Shown: positions 58,668 through 64,000 of the stretch, in pieces
Position numbering within the stretch: the first letter of the stretch is position 1
How the letters are laid out: the number at the start of each line of letters is the position of its first letter
Assembly (NCBI GenBank): GCA_051362555.1
Contig: JBPQGU010000016.1
Coordinates: 1,798,001 to 1,862,000, forward strand
Source of the DNA: Lingula anatina
Taxonomy: Eukaryota; Animalia; Brachiopoda
Direction of reading: 5' to 3'
DNA: 64,000 nucleotides
The notes under the pieces: generated by a model
Database searches by the model: none
What the model was told of the DNA's origin: nothing
Seen by the model: the letters and a program-made list of their open reading frames with translations, nothing else
Program-made: the position numbers and the translations under genes

Positions 58668-59795
58668 TCACTCCTCGGGCACTTCAAACAACGTCTGCGC
58701 CTCGTAGCCTCTGTGCGTCATTTTAGCGTACGCAGCGTCGTAATCCCGTAGAAAGGCAGCATTATCGGCAATGTACTCGTCTACAATGTCGGCGGTGGAC
58801 ATGTACGTTGTCCTGGGGCAGTCGGTGTTCAGGGTCTTACACGAGGTCTCCTCTCCGTTTTCGTCCGGTTTGATATCGCGATACAGACACATATCGGAGT
58901 TCAGCATAAAACCCCTGCCGCCGCCCCCGCCGCCGCCTTGTCGTTTTTGGCGATGGTTGCTGGCCATTTCCGCTTGTTCGTCGACGTCGGCGAGCTTGCG
59001 TAGGATTTCACGTAGGAGAGACGAGGGGTTAGGACCTGTAGAGTCCCTATCAAAGTCTTGTGCTGTCGCGGTACGTTGTTGAGTCGAGTCTTGTTGTCTC
59101 CTTCTTACTGTTGTCCACTGCCAGTGGTTATCGCCAGCGTCCATCTGACTGAATGACATCTCTTTGAGATTGCGGTAATACTCGTTGTCGAAAAGGTCTC
59201 GTACCGTTGTCCACCGTCCACTAAAACCGGACTGAGTGGGATCGGCGCGGCCAACCGTGTGGGCACCCATCAGGGCAACAACATCGCGAGCCTCCATGTC
59301 GAAATTGTCCTTGAAGTACCCCAAGGTGTTCTCAATTCCTTCCAGAGAGCTGGGGAAGTTGTCCATCGCACTCGTGGTAGGGGACGTGGCGCAATCCTCG
59401 CGGCCCCAGCGAAAGGGGGTCGTGACTGTGGCTCCCCGGCCCATCTCTGTTGCCACCACGCCAGCAAGGGCCCAGAAATCGGCCCTGGATATCACACCGG
59501 TCAGTCTGTTTCGATCGTAAACGTTCTCAATTCGCCGATGGATGTTTCCGAGGCCGAGGTTGGACGGGTCGTCCAGGTTTATGCACCCGTCGCACCTCTC
59601 GCTCACGCAGTCATGAAAGGCCAAGCGGATGGCGGACGCGACCAGAGGACGCTGGAGGCCACCGTCGGGGTTTCTGTTGAAAGTTCCGTTGATGAGGTCA
59701 GTTAGCAAGGACTTGGCACGGTCGTATTCGGCTCTGGTGAGACCGTGCACCGCCACTGCACAGAGGGCGGCCGAGACGATCAGTACTCGCAGCAT
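58668..59795 (-). CDS. Secreted heme peroxidase of the non-animal (peroxidase-catalase, APX-like) superfamily, intronless CDS, 375 aa
   Basis: First ATG 59795; signal peptide MLRVLIVSAALCAVAVHG; distal IRLAFHDC, ISRADFWALAG, WGREDC, proximal ALMGAHTVG, FDNEYY, MLNSD; AATAAA on - strand at 58323-58328. Confidence 0.92.
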   Translation of the reverse strand: MLRVLIVSAALCAVAVHGLTRAEYDRAKSLLTDLINGTFNRNPDGGLQRPLVASAIRLAFHDCVSERCDGCINLDDPSNLGLGNIHRRIENVYDRNRLTGVISRADFWALAGVVATEMGRGATVTTPFRWGREDCATSPTTSAMDNFPSSLEGIENTLGYFKDNFDMEARDVVALMGAHTVGRADPTQSGFSGRWTTVRDLFDNEYYRNLKEMSFSQMDAGDNHWQWTTVRRRQQDSTQQRTATAQDFDRDSTGPNPSSLLREILRKLADVDEQAEMASNHRQKRQGGGGGGGRGFMLNSDMCLYRDIKPDENGEETSCKTLNTDCPRTTYMSTADIVDEYIADNAAFLRDYDAAYAKMTHRGYEAQTLFEVPEE

Positions 59796-61862
59796 CTTCG
59801 GCCAAAGTAGAGTGTAGCGCAACACTTCTCGCTGTCTGTTATGAAGGCTTCATACTCAATGGGAAGTTTTGTACCTGGCAAATATCCTTTGTCCAGTTTT
59901 TATTGGAAGATATCTTATTCAACTAAGGCAGGTTTACACGTTAATTATAATGTAGTCCGATCCTGCTCAACGCCTATCCGAGTCACACCCAAAGACTAAA
60001 GTTTGTCCCTTAGTCGTCCTTATGTTTAAGCTTGACAAATGATATCTACCTCAGGTAATTAATCAATCAGTTTGGCATAGTTACATGCACATCCTTTAAA
60101 AACAAAGGAATCCGACCCTGGAGCGTCCAGTTTTCCCTGTATAAGTCCAGTTTTTACAATGACGCCTATGCTATGTCAAGGACACTCAACCTTGAAATGA
60201 CAACGTTACGGAGCTTGAGTACGTTGTCATCGCGTCACGACGTTATTAGATTTATGCTTACAATATTACTCTAAAAGTTACTTAGCCTTGAAATTAAACG
60301 CACTAGGTGCCACAATAATCCCTCTGTGTGTTTCTATTGTCGTCGTGAATATTATTATATCAACTGAATAAGCATTTGATATATTCACCTATGAATAGTC
60401 ACAAGGCAAATAATGTCACACTTTGTTCTATTCTTGAGGTGAAAGCATCGTATTCAAGACTCACTTTCTTTTAGACAACAATCTTTTGGACTCATTGACG
60501 TAAAACCCATAAGCAATTCGCTCAAAAGCGATGACGTGCCTATTAACAAAACACGGAAAACCAGTGAACTTCAGTATTTTAAAGGAGGAATTAACACGTC
60601 ATATTAACAGGTACACATAGTTTAAGACAAAAAGTATCTGTTTGACAGGCGATACTCGGTACCGATTATATTACCGATACTCGATTATACCGATATTGCT
60701 TATCCATATATTAAAACAGCATCATTTTGATGTGCCCTCCCCCCCCCCAATCAAACCTCTAGACATTACACGTTACTGGAAGAATATGATTAATCTCAAA
60801 ATGATTTTTTTCCTTAGGCGGCAGAAGGGATGGTTTCGTTGGCAATCTAAATCTTTGACGTGTGTTCCTGTGTTTAATGTACCTTTTCAGTACGATGTAC
60901 AACCCAGACCACAAATTAACGAAGGATATCAATCTTATCCGTCTTGTATCAGTTTAAGCCCCAGTGCAAATCCCATAAGTCTATTTCCATGCATTAATTA
61001 GTCAATGCATTCGACTGATACTTTTTAATACGATACATCGTATTATTTACATCAAACTTGTTTAAATCTTTTTACACCTTGAACACAAAAGGTCGCAGTA
61101 CATAGAATAAAACTCATCAAAACAACCTTCACGTTGAAGACGTCAAACAGGGTCGTACATGTGTCAGGGTATCTTAATCGAATCGTGCTCAAAGTCGTGT
61201 AAGGTGGACACCGCGGCTCGATTTACACAAGGCATATTTAGCCCGAAGTTTGTTCCAAATTTTTAGATCGAAAATGTAGCCTAATGTAGCGTAATGGCGT
61301 GGTACATTATTCATGTCTTTTGTTATAAAACTGGCAGTGCTTTTGTTTTATTGTCATGCAACGGATGTACTTCTTTTCTCAAAGTCAAAAATATTATTTA
61401 AATGTTTGGGCCAAATTTCGGACTATGCTTCTTTTGTGAAACAGGTCCTGTCGAGGCCCAGCTGTCTGCTCTATCGGTGACTTGATCGGTCAGGCGTCCA
61501 GGGTGACACCTATGGTGTCTGACCATTCCACGGACGGTGATCAAGGCAGTATCAGGGACGCGTATACCATTGACTTTATTTGAACGGAATTAAGTGCATA
61601 TGTAGTCCTCTCTTTTTCTCTTTCTTTCTTTCTTTCTTTCTTTCTTTCAAAATGGAGAGAGAAGAGTGAGGGAGAGAGTGAGAGAGTGAGAGGGGTAAAA
61701 TGGAAAGAGGGAAAGGGGAAGGGAGAAAGAGAGAGAGAGAGAGGGCAGTATCCGCGGCCAATACACAGATGACTCACGAAGTGTATGAAATTGAATACAC
61801 ATTTTCCTGTTTTGTTCATCAAAGAGAAGTTGAGTCATGACTGAATGGCAAACATCATAATG

Positions 61863-61988
61863 CTGGCCCGTAGGGAAAAGGTCCACTCTAGGTAAAAATT
61901 GATCTAGGTACATGACGTTTTTATGGGAAAAGGTCCACTTTTTCCAAAAAAAAGAACCCCCCTTTTGAAATTACTGGCTACGGGCCTA
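61863..61988. mobile_element. Internally deleted copy of the 50575-50741 MITE, 5-bp TSD TAATG
   Basis: taatg|ctggcccgtag...ctggctacgggccta|taatg; shared aaaaggtccact repeats. Confidence 0.8.
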
Positions 61989-63224
61989 TAATGATGCACT
62001 CACTGAGAGTGGAGAGAGAGAAAGAGAATCGAATCCATTTATAACACAGCTTATTAACAAGTGTCACGCAGAGTGCAAGCGGACAGTTTCATTCTATAAC
62101 AGCAGATAATATCTGCAACTATATTCTAATGTTGGCAAATACACAGAATCGAACGTTTTGTTTGAGAAACCGCTGCCGACCAGAGCACGTATTTATAAGT
62201 TAATTTATCGCGTTTTAAAGGGTTTTGATTCTGGAGACACAAATATCTTCTTTTGCACTCCCCATGTCAAAAGTAAGATCTCAATGTACACAGAAAGTGA
62301 CGAACTGACGCCTTGTTGGGTTACCCACCACATACTAAAGCACTTTCTAGTATACGTGATCACCAGGTATTTTTAATGAGCAGGCTTGATCTTATTTTAT
62401 TAAATCTTATCAACAGATCATATTTATTTTCATTTTATACTTGTAAGAGGGAAAGGAATAGGGTTTAACTTTATAAAAATAACATCAAAATGTTAGTTTC
62501 GGAAATCTGAAGGGGGGGGGCTGTCCTGCCCCATCTCCCTTGTATGATTCGGCATGACAGGTCCATGTACAAAATTGTACGTGACTTAGTGATAACACGT
62601 GTTCCTGAGCGAGCGAGACAGAGAGAGAAAGGAAGAGAAAGAGAGAGAGAAAAAAAAAAGAAAAAGAGCTACAGAGAGAGAAAGAAAGCACGCACACACA
62701 CACACATCATTTTTTTCACCCAAGCCTACCCACTCTACCACGTAACTTCAACGGACATCATCTCACAGACAATGAAAACCTATATCCGATCACGTGCGTG
62801 ACAGACACCACATTAATATCCGTACATTAGCTTATTAATCAATCAAAAATGGCAAAATTGTGTGATTTCCGTTGGACTAAGGAGCACTGCAATTGCGAGG
62901 CAAGTTGAGTAAATTTAAACGTGAACCTGTAAATCTTTGAAACATGACGCTTTATTTTGATGTCGGCAGGTTGTCTTTATCTCGTTTTGAATGACACATT
63001 GAAGCGTGAATAACAAGGCGTCGCACTATCTGTTCGTATTCCCTTCACAGATGAGACAAAAATGCTCAACATTTTAAACAAGTACAAAATATATGTAACA
63101 AAAACAAATGCATTTTACGGTATCCAAATCAATCCATAGCTGTGCATATAAACCAAGAATCGTGGCATATTTAAGGATACTTTAGCCAGCGACACGCAAA
63201 AGTCTCATTTTGCGAAGTTAGCTC

Positions 63225-64000
63225 ATGATGGTCTTTTCAAGAGTTTTGGTATGTCTGCTTCTTGCTGTCTCCCACAGCGCATACGGAGCAACCACAAGTC
63301 GTAATCCCCTGACGATAGTTCTGCCAGAGGTTTGTATTTCTGGGATAATTTTGAAACGCCAGGAGCAACAGGGCAACTGCATTTTTAAAACTATATTTTC
63401 GTATATTACTCTGAAAATGAAATAGGCGGATTTTGAACAAAAACAGCTCCAAAATTAACGCTCGTGTTGATCATTTTTCAGCGTTGTTTGATCCTTCTCA
63501 TTTTAATAGCATTAAATTTTCATTAAAACTTACAAGGGTAAGACTTATTATTATTATTATCATTATAAGTAGTAGTAGTAGTAGTAGTAGTAGTTGTAGT
63601 AGTAGTAGTAGTGGTAGTAGTAGTAGTAGTAATTTCGTGCGCCTATATAGGTTATTTATAAAAAAAATACATGTATATGGAAATCATAAAATAGAAGGAA
63701 TTCGAAAATGCTTTGGTTATCATTATCTTTGTCAGTTGTCATTCATTTATTCAGGGTGTTGACAGTCAAACCGACCTCCCAACATGTACTCCTACACAAG
63801 TATGCAGCGAGGTGCGTCCGTATCTCCCGGCGTGGCTCTCCACCGCCAGATCTTCACAAATGAGAGACGTCACATGGTTGCCACGCAACGCTACCCTGTT
63901 CTGTAAGTGCCCGGATGAAGCCTCGCCCTGTGCGACTTCGTTTGGGTTTGACTCACTCTCAGGGCAAATATATAATGGCGCCAAGTTGCACACGTGTGGA
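63225..64000 (+). CDS. Secreted Cys-rich protein, Argos/giant-lens-like, partial (runs off window)
   Basis: Exon 63225-63329 (signal peptide MMVFSRVLVCLLLAVSHSAYG, donor gag|gtttgt) joins in phase 0 to 63755-64000: GVDSQTDLPTCTPTQVCSEV...FCKCPDEASPC...KLHTCG, open to the window end; catataaa at ~63145. Confidence 0.7.

Noticed and set aside
58771-59817. Several overlapping ORFs within the peroxidase
   Set aside because: Expected shadow ORFs of a GC-rich CDS.
58668-59825. Peroxidase as contamination, or start at 59825
   Set aside because: Flanks are contiguous AT-rich host DNA with host MITE families and a poly(A) signal; 59825 is a non-ATG start and the signal peptide begins at ATG 59795.

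Overview
AT-rich, intron-containing animal DNA, probably lophotrochozoan/mollusc (inferred from gene content); not prokaryotic, no CRISPR or rRNA. (1) 0.5-19.5 kb: a tandem duplication carrying two 3-coding-exon genes (- strand) for secreted 12-Cys mytimycin/Diedel-like peptide precursors (signal peptide, CC...CxxC...YCSYGKCNIFGCxC core, GKR site, EF-hand tail). The copies differ by clustered substitutions, a compensated frameshift, loss of the EF-hand in one and a duplicated first coding exon in the other, and the second unit carries extra piggyBac-, Harbinger- and hAT-like insertions. (2) 20.6-25.7 kb: three ~1.4-kb tandem units, each with two Pol III A/B-box cassettes, one vault-RNA-like; a 5'-truncated LINE sits in the middle unit. 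(3) FBXO9 (-, 14 exons) and PI4KB (+, 14 coding exons) head-to-head, with a 4.8-kb MULE-like element near the shared promoter. (4) An intronless secreted non-animal-type (APX-like) heme peroxidase with an internal insert bounded by basic cleavage sites. (5) The start of a secreted Argos-like Cys-rich gene. All exon models and alignments were done by eye; family names come from recalled motifs, not database searches.
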